In this document: piece by piece, positions 48,997 through 62,541 of the stretch
Layout of the letters: each line of letters begins with the position of its first letter
Position numbering within the stretch: the first letter of the stretch is position 1
NCBI GenBank assembly: GCA_051047955.1
Contig: JBPGPT010000001.1
Span: forward strand, 1 to 64,000
Origin: Cystobasidiomycetes sp. EMM_F5
Taxonomy: Eukaryota
Length of the DNA: 64,000 nt
Direction of reading: 5' to 3'
Program-made: the position numbers and the translations under genes
The notes under the pieces: generated by a model
What the model saw: the letters and a program-made list of their open reading frames with translations, nothing else
Databases searched by the model: none
What the model was told of the DNA's origin: nothing

Positions 48997-51413
48997 ATGT
49001 CTGGAGACGACGATAGTGCGTGGCCATCCATTGACCTGTGCAGCCCAGGTTGTGCAGCTTCGAATTATGCGAAAATCTGGGCCGCCCAAAATTTTGAAAG
49101 TCAAAGGTGCAGACCGGCTGACTTCGAATTACATGCACACTGCTGGTTCACGACCTTTATTTGGACTATCGAATGATGTTGCGCTACTCTTGTCGCCATT
49201 CATGCAGTCCCGCAGCTCGTTGACGCCGAGACTGTGCCAGGAGCAGATAGCGAAGAGGTGGGCAGGAAATTGCAGACTCAATTTGGAAAGCAAACGTTAT
49301 CTGACTATGGTTTGTCTATTCTCTGACACGTTCAGTTCCTCGGAGCTATTGGTATCGAGTATGTCGAGGTTTATCTTGTGTCTTTGAAAATCTTGCTGAT
49401 CGTTACTTCTCGTCTAGTCTCGGCACAACGTATTCTTGGTGAGAATCGAGGATGCAACGGATGCACTTTCGACAAAACTGACGTGGACACCTTGGCAACC
49501 GTGCAGTGTTGGTGTTTGGACAGATGACCGCGTCGAAAGTAGGTGTTCAACCATACCCCTCATTTCTACGACATTTTAAGCCTTATGCAATTACAGTCAT
49601 TGCCAATGACCAAGGAAACCGAACAACACCATCCTATGTCGCCTTCTCTTCTGACGAGCGTTTGATCGGTGACGCCGCGAAGAACCAGGCTGCCATGAAC
49701 CCAAAGAACACGGTCTTCGATGCTAAGCGCCTCATCGGGCGTCGCTTCGACGATGCTGACGTCAAGAAGGACATGAAAGTATGGCCATTTGAGGTCATTG
49801 ATAAGGATGGTGCACCAGCTATCCAGGTAGAATACCTTGGCGAGACCCGCCAGTTCACCCCGGCCGAAATCTCCGCCATGGTCCTTAGCAAGCTCAAGGA
49901 GACTGCTGAAGCCAAGGTTAGTCTTATCCCTCTTCATTATGTTTGTGCAATTCTGATACGCCTTCTCGCATAGATCGGCAAGCCAGTCAAGAAGGCCGTC
50001 GTCACCGTGCCCGCTTACTTCAACGACTCTCAAAGGCTGTCCACCAAGGATGCTGGTACAATTGCCGGCCTTGACGTCCTCCGTATCATCAACGAGCCCA
50101 CTGCTGCTGCCATTGCATATGGTCTCGATGCCGCCAACGACAAGGACAAGAAGGAACGTACCGTCTTGATCTTCGATCTAGGTGGTGGTACATTCGACGT
50201 GTCTTTGCTGACCATCACTGGAGGCGTATTCGCCGTCAAGGCGACTGCAGGTGACACACATCTTGGTGGAGAGGACTTCGATAATGCGCTCTTGGATCAC
50301 TTCAAGGCCGAATTCAAGCGCAAGACAAAGCTCGACATTGACGGTGACGCACGCGCCCTCCGAAGACTTCGTTCTGCATGCGAGCGTGCAAAGCGTACTC
50401 TGTCTTCCGTTACCCAGACCACTGTAGAAGTCGACTCCCTCTTCCAAGGTACCGACTTCCAGGCTTCTATTTCCCGCGCCCGTTTCGAGGAAATCAACGC
50501 CGTTACCTTCAAAAGCACCATCACTCCAGTCGACAAGGTACTCAAAGACGCCAAAATTGCCAAGGACAAGGTCGATGATATTGTCCTTGTTGGTGGGTCT
50601 ACCCGTATCCCGAAGATTCAGTCGCTTGTCTCCGAATTTTTCGGTGGCAGAGCTTTGAATAAGAGCATCAACCCAGACGAGGCTGTCGCTTATGGTGCTG
50701 CTGTGCAAGCTGCCGTCCTTACCGGTCAGACTTCCGACAAGACTGCCGATCTCCTCCTACTCGATGTCGCCCCTCTGTCCCTCGGCGTAGCCATGCAAGG
50801 CGATGTCTTCGGTGTCGTTGTCCCACGAAACACTCCCATCCCATCCAACAAATCCCGTACATTCACCACCGTTGAAGACAACCAGACCACCGTTACTTTC
50901 CCAGTGTACGAGGGTGAGCGTGTCACATGCAAAGAGAACAGGTTACTCGGAGAATTCGAGCTTTCTGGAATCACTCCTCAACCCAGAGGTCAAGCCGAAC
51001 TGGTCTGCACTTTCGAAGTCGATGCCAACGGTCTGCTCAAGGTGTCTGCCCAAGACAAGACATCTGGTAGAAAAGCGAACATCACCATCACCAACTCTGT
51101 TGGTCGATTGTCATCTGCCGAAATTGACCAGATGATCAAGGACGCTGAGACGTTCAAGACTGCCGATAAGGAGTTCAGCGCACGTCATGAAGCCAAGCAA
51201 GAGCTCGAGTCGTATATTGCCTCGGTCGAGGCTACCATTACCGGCCCTGAAGCTGGCTTGAAGATCAAGCGTGCAGCCAAGGCTAATATTGAGACCGAGT
51301 TGGCAAAGGCCCTAGAGAAGCTCGAGATTGAGGAATCGACTACCGATGAGCTCAAGAAGGCGCACCTTCTGTTGAAACGCGCCCTGCAAAAGGGTATGGC
51401 TGGTGGTCGTTAA
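48997..51413 (+). CDS. SSB1: Ribosome-associated Hsp70 (Ssb/Sks2 type)
   Basis: [57 protein letters not shown]; no EEVD tail. The 5' exon structure is uncertain. Confidence 0.93.
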
Positions 51414-51740
51414 AGGCTGGGATTAGCTGTTTGGACTCTCGTCTGCTCAAACGCAATAAGCAGTTTATGGCAATGTCTGGCTCTTCCGTAAAATGTAGTT
51501 ACGTGTGCTCGATCTACTGTCTTCTCCGACCCTTCTCATTTTGTGCAATGGCGTTGTAGGAGGTAGTCACCCTAAAACTCGGCAATCCATTTGCTTGATA
51601 CTCCCTCTTTTCGTCTGCGTAATACAGTGTCTCTATCTAGGCATACATTCGCGTATGTACTGCACTGAATGTGGAAGGCTACCGTTGGCCCTAATGCTGA
51701 TGCTATTGCGACTGACTAAAGATATTTCAGACATTACTCA

Positions 51741-54330
51741 TCATACGGTTCGTAATCTTGCAGGGACAGCATTCAAAGGCTTTTGAGCATCTAGTAAGCA
51801 GTCTTTGACGCTAGCTTTATCATGATCTGCAAGAGCAACGTATTAGATCTGTACTGTGAGAATGTGGGGTGAACCGCCTGCCTTTCCCAATGCGCTCGAG
51901 AATCTTTGCGCGGTCCAAAGTTGCTCGAAGATCAGGCTGTATATGCGCAAAGTACACCTGTACACCGCGACTGGCGTAACTTGAGCATGTTTCTTCTAGG
52001 ATTTGCATCGCACAAGCATCGATCGCTACCACATCTCGCATATGGAATACGATGACACGAGCATCATCTCGTGTCGGTGCATCAGCAGGGTGGTGCTTGT
52101 CTGTCCCGTAGTGCTCCAGACGGCGCAGACGGTCCTTGAGAGCGCCGGCGTTGGCAAAGTGTAGTGTTTCGCGCAAGCGGACGATTAAAACGCCAGGGAC
52201 TTCTTCGCCCAAAGCCATTTCGTCTTCCACCAGCGCCGATTGACTGTCGTCTACAGGCACCCAATCTTCCGTTCCTGGCACACGGCCCATGATTTGTATG
52301 CCCATTGATCGAGCAGACTGCCTCACCACCAGTACTAACGAGACTGCCACGCTGACCACGATGCCAGTCTGGATCCGAGCAACTTAGTACACAAGCGGTA
52401 TGCGGTATGTAGTTGTTTCTCACCTGAACTGAAAGAAAGAGAGTCAGGAAGAATGCCAATGCCATCAGGCTGAGGTCTGTCCAGGCTCGCATTCTGATGA
52501 AGAAATGAACATCTTCGGGAAACTCTGCCAAAATCGAGTATACGACCTGTGCGATGATGCATCCCAAGACGGCTTTCGGCAGATAGTATAAGAACCGCAA
52601 GAGGAAGAAGGTAACAAGCATGGAAAAGATGGCGACGAATAGAGAAAACAGCGGAGACCGCGCGCCGGTGTTGGCTGCAATACGGGATCGGGTGATGGAG
52701 CCGTAGCCAGGGATGGTACCGCTTATGAAGGAGGCTGCGAGGTTGGCTGCATCCGATGTTGCATCAGTATCAACCATTGGCCCGTGATTGAGTTGGCTTA
52801 CCTAGACCAATCGCCGTTAGTTCTCGGTTTGGCGAAATGGCATAGTTGTACTTCGTCGCACTTTGCTTGGCAGCGACTATACTATCAACGTAGCCGATAA
52901 TGGATAGTACCACAGCAGTCGACATGACCTCCCCGCTGAGTGCATATCGCCATACAGCACCTTGATGTATAGGAAAATGCGCATGAACAGCTCCAGCCGA
53001 AACCTTGCCGAGAATGTCGACGCCTCGTTCGTCCCAATCGAAGCAGTCGCAAAGTAGAGTTGTACTGATGACCACAAGAAGGATCTCCGGGATAAAGGAT
53101 ACCCACGGATGTCGTTTAGATAGTCGAGGCTTGATGACTTTGGACAATACCAACATGGACAGGCACACTGCGGAGATGCACGTAGTGAGCCTGTGTGCAT
53201 GCTGCACGTTGCGAATGACGAATGCCAGCTTCTCGATGGGGTGTGAGCCAACTTTGGCGTTATGATAGAGCTGTCCCAGGCCGAGTAAAGGTACTGGACA
53301 GATATTTAACATCGGTCAAAACGTGGTTATATCGGGGAAAGTTACATACTGGATTGTTCGATGAATATGACTAAACCTAGACTGGTAATAAAGCCCCGCA
53401 ACAGCGCTCGACTCAGAACTGCATCTAGAAACCCGAGTCGCAGTATACCAAGGAGAAAGGTGAGTAATCCGACTTCGAACCTAGTAAAACCATATAAATC
53501 ATAAGCTCGTCTTCGAGAAATCTGTGCAAGCCGTACAAGACTGCGCTAGCAATACCAGCACGAAGTTCATACAGTGCTTTACTGGGCATATCTAGCGTGA
53601 GGGGAGCAAGCTTGTCGAGCGTCTGTCCTAAGCTGGTGACGAAGTCGTGAGCCCCGGCAACCCCATGGCGCCGACAGGAATTCGACTGACATCAATGATA
53701 AGCCAGCTTCAGGTCCCACACTCAGTTGACCGCATGTGCCGAAGAATGTGTACACAAAGCAAGGCACAATGACGCCAAAAAGCCCTAAACAACGAGTCAA
53801 GAACGGACGAAAGGGACAATGTGGCAGTTTACGCACCATTTACCGGATCAAGATGTGCGAGTCCACTAGCATAGCTCATAGATTGAGGGACCAAAAGACA
53901 TGTGAGCTGGAAAAACGACGTCAAATCGGATTTATATGCCTTGCGGCGGGCCAATCCATACAGTTAGTCCTGCCAGAATGTCACCGATCAACTGTCTTGG
54001 CTCGTAACGCGGTGCCCATTTGATGACCGGGATATAGTATGACCAGTATTGCGATTGTACAGCCTTGATGAATCCTCGCGGTCGATTCGTAGGTTCCAAG
54101 CTCCCTTTACGGGTAGGAGTACTTGTCCCAGAGTGCAAGGACGATGCACCAATACTCTCGTATGTATTGCCAGACCCAGATATGTTGTTTGACCGATGAT
54201 TTGCTGCACCAGCCGTCGCGTTGGCTGGCGATCTGGCGAACGAGCCGTAGTTGCTGTCAAAGGAAGCGTCATGATGGTCGGCCAGGATGGGACGGCGTTG
54301 CTGAGCTTCTTGCGCTGCTAATGTAGCCAT
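51741..54330 (-). CDS. SulP/SLC26 anion transporter with a STAS domain
   Basis: YYIPVIKW, GDILAGLT, VPQSMSYA, FGTCGQLSVGPEA, NRELTAIG, GYGSITRS, LHFANAGALK. Confidence 0.92.
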
Positions 54331-54631
54331 AGCTGTTCCCTTGAAGCGCTCTTGAAAGCTGGCTACCCTGTAACGACGACTGCAACTTCATTGGCGAGCG
54401 CGCAACAATGCTCGGCCAGGGCTGGAGCTGGTGGCTTGTCAGACTTGACGACGCTGCAATCCGCACAATGCACTGGTCACAGATTGTTCGCTCTAGCCGG
54501 GTATCGGTGACCATGCATAATGTCGAAACGCAACTGACGTAAATTGAATCGAATCTCTGAAGCGCGGAAATTGTTACTTCTTTATGCATTGGTCATTGCA
54601 GACGACAAGCCACTTCTGAGACAACAGAAAC

Positions 54632-57118
54632 TTATTGCGAACCATCTACTACCTGCTTTCCACCTAACAAGGGCGCATTTTCGTCCAGCTCGTTCGCGGC
54701 CTGTAGTCTACGACCGGCTCGACGTGCTGCTTCGCTGCGGTCGAATTCGCCGTGATCGGAGTCGTACCCATCGGGCTCACTGTTGCGCTTGCCATTCCCA
54801 TTTTGCGCTGGTGCGGTCGGCGCCAGAGATGCAATGATCGTCACTGCCGACCCATCATGCATAGGCGATGGTGAAGCAGATAGACTCGCCGAAGCTGAAT
54901 TGACATCTTGCGACCCTTCGTCCACAAACTCAGGTAGTCCGTTACTTCCGCTCTCTAGACTATTTTTGACCTGGTGCAGCGCGTCTTTCCGCTGAGCAGA
55001 CGTGCCGCCCTTAACCTTGACTTGGTCGAGGCTCAGTCCTGCAAGGCCGGGTCCAAGGGCACCGATGTCTGATAGCCGACTCTGATTGCTCGGCCGACGC
55101 CGTGGGGTGGAAACGCCGGCCGTAGTAGCAGCTTGCAGAGTTGCTCCGTAGTTTGCATGTCCGAGGTACGACAACGTGTTCTTGCGTGACACCAACAAGC
55201 GGTCAGTTGGATTGCCACTGCTGTCAGGGGGTCGCTCGCCATCATTTTCACTTCGTGCATCCCCTCCTTCGCTTTCACTCCCTGTTCGAGAGGTCTTCCC
55301 GCCAGCTGGGTCGTTGCCAGAGTTAATCATCGGACTGTTTACTTTGTTTCGCCGCTTTTCTGCAACATCCCGTAGCAGCGGTGTCAATTTCTTGGCAGCG
55401 CCCGTCCGAATTATCGGTCTTCGGACGACTTTGATCTTGTTAGCGACATCGAGGAAGAGATCAGTCTCATCAATGATCTCTTCACCTGTCAAATGGTTTT
55501 CAGTACGGTATTCTCGCCGGGAACAATTCTGTACATACCGATCAACTCTTCAATGACATCTTCCAAAGACACGATGCCGAGCGCGCCTGTTGTCTCGCCT
55601 GGATGCTCCGTCACGAGCATCATGTGAGACCGACCTTGTTGGCTGTGATCACGCTCAGTCGAGAACGTGGCACTGTAACATAGTGAGTACCCTTACAAGA
55701 AATTTAAGGCTTCCAGACAGCTCATACCGAGCTCCGCTTCTGGTAAAGGTATAAGGTTGAACGAAGACACCGGTTTCGCGTCCTCTGGGTCGTACGTGAT
55801 AAGCTACGGTGTGAAGGAGTTTCAGTACTACAGCGTTAGGCGCTAACACGTAGACAGCTCACGTTCTTCACCAATAGCATTCCAATGAAGTTCTTTGTGT
55901 TATTTCCTTCATACACAGGTACTCTCGAGTAGCCTTGTCGAAGTATCTCTCCAACGGTGTCGTCATCGAGAATTTGGTGCGAAGAGATGGAGTAGATATC
56001 CTCAATCGGCACCATGATGTCGCGAATGCTCTTCTCGGATAGTTCCAGGACAGCCGAGATGATTGTGACTTCGTCGTCGACCAGATTTTCGGCGCCTAGG
56101 TGTCGATGTAAGGATACGAAGGTCTTGAGCTCCTTCTTCTTGTACGTTACGCCTTCGTCGTGACCGAGCACACGGTCAAGCAGCAGAGCAATTGGGTAGG
56201 AGATCGGGTAGGATGCGTACATCTATACCACGTAGGGAGTGAGATTGTATTTGCGACCACTTTCCATACGGACTTACAATAATAGTCATAAATGGCACAC
56301 TGGCAGCCCCGATAGCCAGACCATATCGGGAGCAGATGGCTGCAAACCAGTGCAAGGTAACATGTCAATACACTTTTTCATCTGTATATTGAGGAAGGAG
56401 AATGACCAACCTTGTGGGATAATCTCTCCGAAAAGCAGAATCAGTGCCGTTGAACTTGCAATAGCGTAGAAGCCGCCGCCGAGAATGTCGTCGAGGAAGA
56501 TTGGCAAGGTTTCGTTTGTGCTACATAGACAGAGTCAGGCGCGTATTGTAAGAGACGTTCTTTCATTTGATCATGCTCACATCGTATTGAAAAGTAACAA
56601 GGTCACTGCGGCAGACACAATGCTGTCAGCCTGGCGACGTCGCTCACACGTCCAAACGCACCCAATACCCAGTGATGCCCTCGCTTCAACAGCCTCAATA
56701 CCTTTGCAGCCCTCTTTCGCTCAACGCCATCTCCAGACTGCTCCATGACTGTCAGATTGACCGTGTCCATGCTCATCAATGCTAGAGTCAAGCCAGCCAG
56801 TATTCCGCCAATAAGCACGAGGCAAAGTACCACTGCCAATTTCATGAAGAACGCCGGTGATCCAACTGGTGTCTCTGGCTCCTCTGCCATAATTCTTAGC
56901 AGGCTATCCAAATTGGCAGCTTCAGCAGTCAACCTTCGAGAATTGATTATTGAAGGCGCAGATGAAGAAGATAAGAGAGACTGGAAATGCGTAGGGAGAG
57001 CGGAGGCAGCAAAAGGGATGCGGAGTGCTCGAAATAACCCGGGCACAATGGAAGTGACCAGCAGACGTTGCCGATTTGTGAGACGGCTGCGTCCGCCGGC
57101 AGTGCGGCTAGACGCCAT
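54632..57118 (-). CDS. MAM3: CNNM/DUF21 + CBS-domain metal homeostasis protein
   Basis: [44 protein letters not shown]. Confidence 0.9.
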
Positions 57119-57351
57119 GATGTTGCTGCAGCCTCAGGCGAACGTCAGTGTGTGCATACGACAACCACTGACAAGACCTGTACAAACGTTGGCCAAAATG
57201 ATCGAGACTCGAAAGACCTGATGACGATGCAGGAGAAAGCCAATTCCGCAATGTTCATTCCTCGCGCACTCTAGACAAGGATACTCAAGACGGCTTTTAC
57301 AAACATTCGTTACTAGAGAAGCAAGTCAATGAACCTCCAACTCTACCTGCC

Positions 57352-59158
57352 CTACTTGATTGCCAACAGCTTGACTTCGAAAATCAGGGTCGAGTTCGCT
57401 GGGATGCCAGCAAGAGACTGCTTTCCGTAGGCCAGCGCAGGTGGGCATGTCAATCTCCTCTCTCCGCCGACTTGCATACCAGCGACACCTTCGTCCCTGT
57501 TAGCGTAGAAGCATTCAGCGTCTTCTCGTAGGGCTTTCGCTGAAATACTCACCAGCCCTTGATGACCTCGCCGCGGCCGAGCTTGAACGAGAAGGGCGCA
57601 CCCTTGTCATTCTTGTCAAAGACCTTACCACTCTGCAGCCGTCCAATGTATCGCATCTGAACCTTCTGACCAGCTTTAGCTACTGCACCAGTTCCGACTT
57701 TGTGATCCTCAATGATCAGGCCGGAAGCGGTCGTCTGCTTTTTCGATGGTGCCTTCTTTGCTGGTTCGGCAGCTGGCGCAGCAGCTGGCGCAGCTGCCTT
57801 CTTGTCCTCCTTCTTGGCCGGTGCCGCTACTGGTGCTGGAGCAGCCTTCGTTGCAGTGGCGGCAGGTTCAGCTGCAGCAGCGGCGGCATCCTTCTCCTTT
57901 TTGGCCAATTTCTTCAGTTGATTCTTGGACAACTTGGACTTGTCGACTTCGGTAGATGCAGCTGGAGTGTCCGCCTTGGGTGCGGCAGCGGGTGCGGCAG
58001 CCGCTGCAGCAGGTGCAGCTTTAGCGGCCGGAGCAGCTTTTGCGGCAGCTGCGGGCTTTGCGAGTGGCTTGTCATCCTTCTTCTTAGGTGACTCGATCTC
58101 CATGAACCTGCTTTCATCCTCATCCTCCTCGCTGTCATCGTCATCTTCCAGCTGAAGCAATTCGCTCGTGTTCGGATCGTAGATGCCCAATTCGCTATCG
58201 GACAAATCCTCATCGTCTTCAGAATCATCTTCCTCTTCGCTATCGTATCCGTACGGCTCGTTAAATTGCGCAGGAGAGGGTTGGACGATGTAGTGACCAA
58301 ACAGATGAACCTTGTACTCTCCGCTCAGTGTCAGCACAAAGTCTTCTCCGCCTGGCAGAACGACATTGGTCTGGACTTGTTCAATCTGTGCAGTGCGAAT
58401 GAAAAAAGAAGATACGGTAAGCTATATTGCGAATATAGGTGTTCATGGTCTTGAACTCACCTTGCCGGGCAAAAGGGAAGCAATCTGTACTTCAGCCTCC
58501 GCACGCTCAGAGTCTTCGTCGAAGCTGATGTCGGAGTCCTCTTCGTCATCTTCGTCCTGCTCAGCGTCGACTACGCCGTTGATTTTGGTTGCGCCATTTG
58601 ACTTTTTACTCGAAGTGGAAGCTTTTGATGTATTGCCAGCCTTTGAAGCATCCATGCTGGCATCCATGTCCTCGTCATCCTCCTCGTCGCTGTCCAATTC
58701 TTCGTCATCATCACTATCATAGTCGTCCTCGTCATCGCTGAAGCTGTATCCAGCTGCAGCGCGGAGAAGAGAAGTGGCGGCTTCCAAATGCTGCAGCTTT
58801 ACTACGCTGCGCTTTTCGCTCGCGGGCTTGGACTCGTCTACCTCGAGAGTGATTTGGGTAATCTGGATAGAGACATCTTCGGTAATGAGTGATTCTGCAA
58901 AGAATGTACATTATGTATGAGAAATTTGGTGCAACACAGAGCCAAAACTTTGCACTGTAAAAAGCCGAACGTACGTTGTCCTGGCGTCAAGACCTTGGAC
59001 CAGACTGATACTCTGTATTTATGTAGCGGTAGAAGAGTCCTCGTGGTCAGCATACCGTCCTTCGTTGTTTCGTCCAAGCGTCACGTTTTCACTGCTGTTT
59101 TTTTGCGAGCGTGCAAGAATTTCTGCGAGGTCGAGCAAGAGACTTACACTGTTGCCAT
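57352..59158 (-). CDS. Nucleolar FKBP-type prolyl isomerase/histone chaperone (Fpr3/Fpr4-like)
   Basis: Nucleoplasmin-like N-terminus with acidic tracts, K/A-rich linker, [36 protein letters not shown]. Confidence 0.92.
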
Positions 59159-59339
59159 GATTGGGCGTATGTGGCGTGCGTGAGTTGTGAGGGTAAGTGG
59201 TCTTCTCTGCGCAGACCAAGACTGTTTGAATTGTCGAAAGCTGAAAGTCGCGGTCAAGGTTGAAACGTCGAAGTCCAAGTTGCGACCGCCACCGCAGGCC
59301 TGCAGCTAATCCGACCGACAACTCGAAGCCTGTGCAGCC

Positions 59340-60251
59340 ATGGTGAGTCTAAGGAAAAGTACAGCACGTCATTATCAAGTGATATACTGACCAGACTCTC
59401 GCCCTTCTCACCGCAGTCATCGTCGTTGCGGCCCTACCTCGCTGCAGTACGGGCTACTCTGACAGCCGCGCTGGCTATCGAGAACTTCCCAAGCCAGGTA
59501 GGTTCAGCTGTCAAACAGGCTATGCGCCGATGTTATGGTCGCGTCCTGCGAGCTGATGCACCTTTGTGGTCTGCGCCGCCATCAAATACGCATAGAGAGT
59601 CGAACGGCACAATGTTCCCGAGGTGGAATCTGGGTGCGTTGGACACTTTTATCATTATGTACAGATGCCTACTGATGTACGCTTCACGCAGCACAACGCC
59701 CGAAGCGCTCCTCGTTCCGCTGACCGTTTCCCGCAATGCAAACGAGCAAGTCCTCATTGAACCGTCAATCAACTCTGTGCGAGTGTCCATCAAGATCAAG
59801 CAAGCAGATGAGATTGAGTTCATCTTGGCGCACAAGGTGTGTTACTGCTGCAGATGGCGTCTCGAGAATCTGTCGACGCCATGATGCATCAATCATCCCG
59901 CAACGATGTACTGAAATACTGTCTCAATGTGCAATGCTGCTCCAGTTCACGCGCTTCCTCACACAACGTGCCGAAAACTTTGTTATTCTCAGGCGGAGAC
60001 CTGTCAAAGGCTACGACATCTCCTTCCTAATCACAAACGACAATGCTGAGGATATGATGAAGCATAAGCTGGTGGATTTCATCATCCAGTGAGCCGCCAT
60101 GCTGTAACAATTTACATAGATTCCGACTGACGGTTGCAACGCTCTGCCCAGATTTATGGAAGATGTAGACAGGGAGATATCGGAAATGAAGCTATCACTG
60201 AATGCTAGAGCGAGAATATGCGCGGAGACTTTCCTGTCTCAATTCCTATAG
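59340..60251 (+). CDS. ARPC4: Arp2/3 complex subunit 4 (Arc19)
   Basis: [55 protein letters not shown]. Confidence 0.95.
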
Positions 60252-60447
60252 AAGAAGGAGACGTCCGCGGACAACGTGTACCAACCTGATTAAAGCTCGA
60301 AATGGAGTCGAGATTGGCACATACATGCTGCGCTGTCAAGCTGGCATCGTCCGTTTCGCTGTCGCCTTGGGATTGCACACAGAAGCGGCCAATCAAAGTT
60401 ACGCAATCCGAACTTCATAATATACAGTGGTTCGGCTACAACTGAAT

Positions 60448-61524
60448 CTAGCCTGTAAATTTGCTCACGATACTTCGTACTAAATCTCTCGCACTATGTG
60501 AGGAGAGCGATTGGGTTAAGTCAGCTTAATTCGTAGGAACGGGCAACACATTACGCACAACGGTATGTAACTGAGAATATACCACAAGTAGGCAAGATAC
60601 CTGCGGGCAGAGTATCGAGAAAGTCAGCTTATCAGCAGAGTCGGCGCAGGGACGAAACTGACGTCGTCACTGCAAAGACGCTAATGTAGACTGTCAGAAT
60701 CGTGTATTCGTGCGTGCGCTTTTTTTGGGTGCTTACATGACCAGCGCGTCGATGCCGAGCACAAATGCGGATATGAAGACCATGACTATGCTTCCCAGAA
60801 ACAGCAGTGATGCTACTAATCTGACAGGGTCCATCATCTATACATGAAGAAGAAGGTATCGACAGAATTGTCAGATGTAAACGTCTTCAATGGGACATTG
60901 GTATGGCCGTTGCGTTATTGCAACTTACCTTCTTGAACTGGGTGCCGAAGCCTACAAGGAACCCCGTGCCAACTAGTGAGACACATACACCTGTTTGTAG
61001 ACAAGATCAGTTTGGTTGAATAACGCAGTCTCAGCTGCTTACCGACGACATAGAGAACTGCAAAGCTTGTGACTTGTCTGTGTTCCTGGATTTCAGCATT
61101 CGTCCTGACGAATTTGGACGCAAGCTTGCGGCACTTACCCAAACGTGAAGAGTATGCTACCAACGACCGATATTGCGAGGCCGGCCACTAGACATCCTCC
61201 GCAAGCCATAAAACGTTGTGAGCGTGTGAGCTGTCATATCGAGCAGTAAATGGAGAGGACGGGGATGTATAGGCAATACCATGTTTTAATGTGCATTCAA
61301 GTGCATAGTGATGATGGCAGCAGGGCGTAGAGTGCAGAAGAACGGAACAGGACAGGGTCATTAGCATAAGATTTGTTGCAAATTGAATGATTGTCAATGA
61401 TCAGGCAGCATGAACGGCATACCTCTGGCAACAGCCCACTCTGCTGTTCTCCAGTCCCGACTGCTGCCAGTGTCCTGGATCCACTGCCTCCCTCGAGATT
61501 GACAAAACTCCGGATGCTGTCCAT
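60448..61524 (-). CDS. SFT2/Got1-family vesicle transport membrane protein (multi-exon)
   Basis: Spliced LTRSQRFMACGGCLV, GTGFLVGFGTQFKK, DPVRLVAS, YLWYILSYIPFARD. Confidence 0.85.
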
Positions 61525-62541
61525 GTTGATAATCTGCCAGTCCGAAAAGAGCCGCCGGGTTGTATAGTATCGGACGCAGATGTAGGTATTGTTGAAAGTT
61601 GCACGGAGAACGGCAGACCGTGTCAAAGCTCGTCGGCTGTTGCGTGGCAGTGTTTCGCGTAGCAGTCGCGTCGGCCTGAAGCCAAGATAGGGGAAGTACA
61701 TCAAGGTAAAGCTCTCATAAAACGGTGCAAACGCGTTGTATGCGTCCGTCTTCTACTACACTTCCATTTCCAGATCCGATGATGGCCGCGTCCTTACAAA
61801 GCTTTCCTACATCCTACAATTACATGGCTCTTCTGCTGGACAGGGCATAGGCATATATACGCTTCCACTAATTTGTATGGCTTGCATTGACACTGCTGAT
61901 ACACTTCAAAGACGCCAGGTTACGTAATGCATACTTGGGCGGAATGGTTCAGATGGGCAGTTTCTAGAGATTGTATCTGTTGAGCGCTAAGAGGTGTCCT
62001 TGCGTGATCATGATTGTACGAAGTGCGGCAGAAGGCATTAAATGAGGGGAGCGAAGAAAGGATACCCTCAGGAATGACAGAGTGTTAGTCTGTCGCGCAG
62101 CATTTTCTTCGAGGAATGACTGCTACCCATTCAGCAAGCCGCTCATACGCTGTCAGCTCTAGGGAGTCGTGCGTCTTTTCGCGCCACGGCGCACAAGATA
62201 CGACACGAGAGGTATGCGGTGTCAGCAGGGCAAGGTTGTACGGCTTTGGCAATATTACCCAGATTTGCGAGCGGTGAATCTGTACTTTAACACATCATTA
62301 AAGCGAATCAACCCAGTCTTGCGCTTACACCTTACCAATGGCATTGTTACCAATGGCATTGGTGTCGCTAGTGTCTTGAATTCTGGATATGCGCTCAGCC
62401 ATGCAGACAGACTTGCCGCTTGTGCAGCGGGCGGGGCTCGTGGAGGTCTCTTTCGCACCAACCTACTGACAGCCAACGTCTTTCTCTTCTGGTGCAACCT
62501 GAATCGCCGTCTTCGCTGTCGGGATTGGCATCAGCTTGAAT

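Noticed and set aside
49165..49312. U14 or U24 snoRNA in the Hsp70 intron
   Set aside because: GCCATTCATGCAGT only imperfectly resembles U14 domain A, domain B is absent, and U24 guides are absent.
49566..50974. Long antisense ORFs over SSB
   Set aside because: Expected by-product of codon bias in highly expressed hsp70 genes; no independent gene signals.
59340..59342. ATG-only first coding exon of ARPC4
   Set aside because: Looks real, but it is a common eukaryotic arrangement and not novel.
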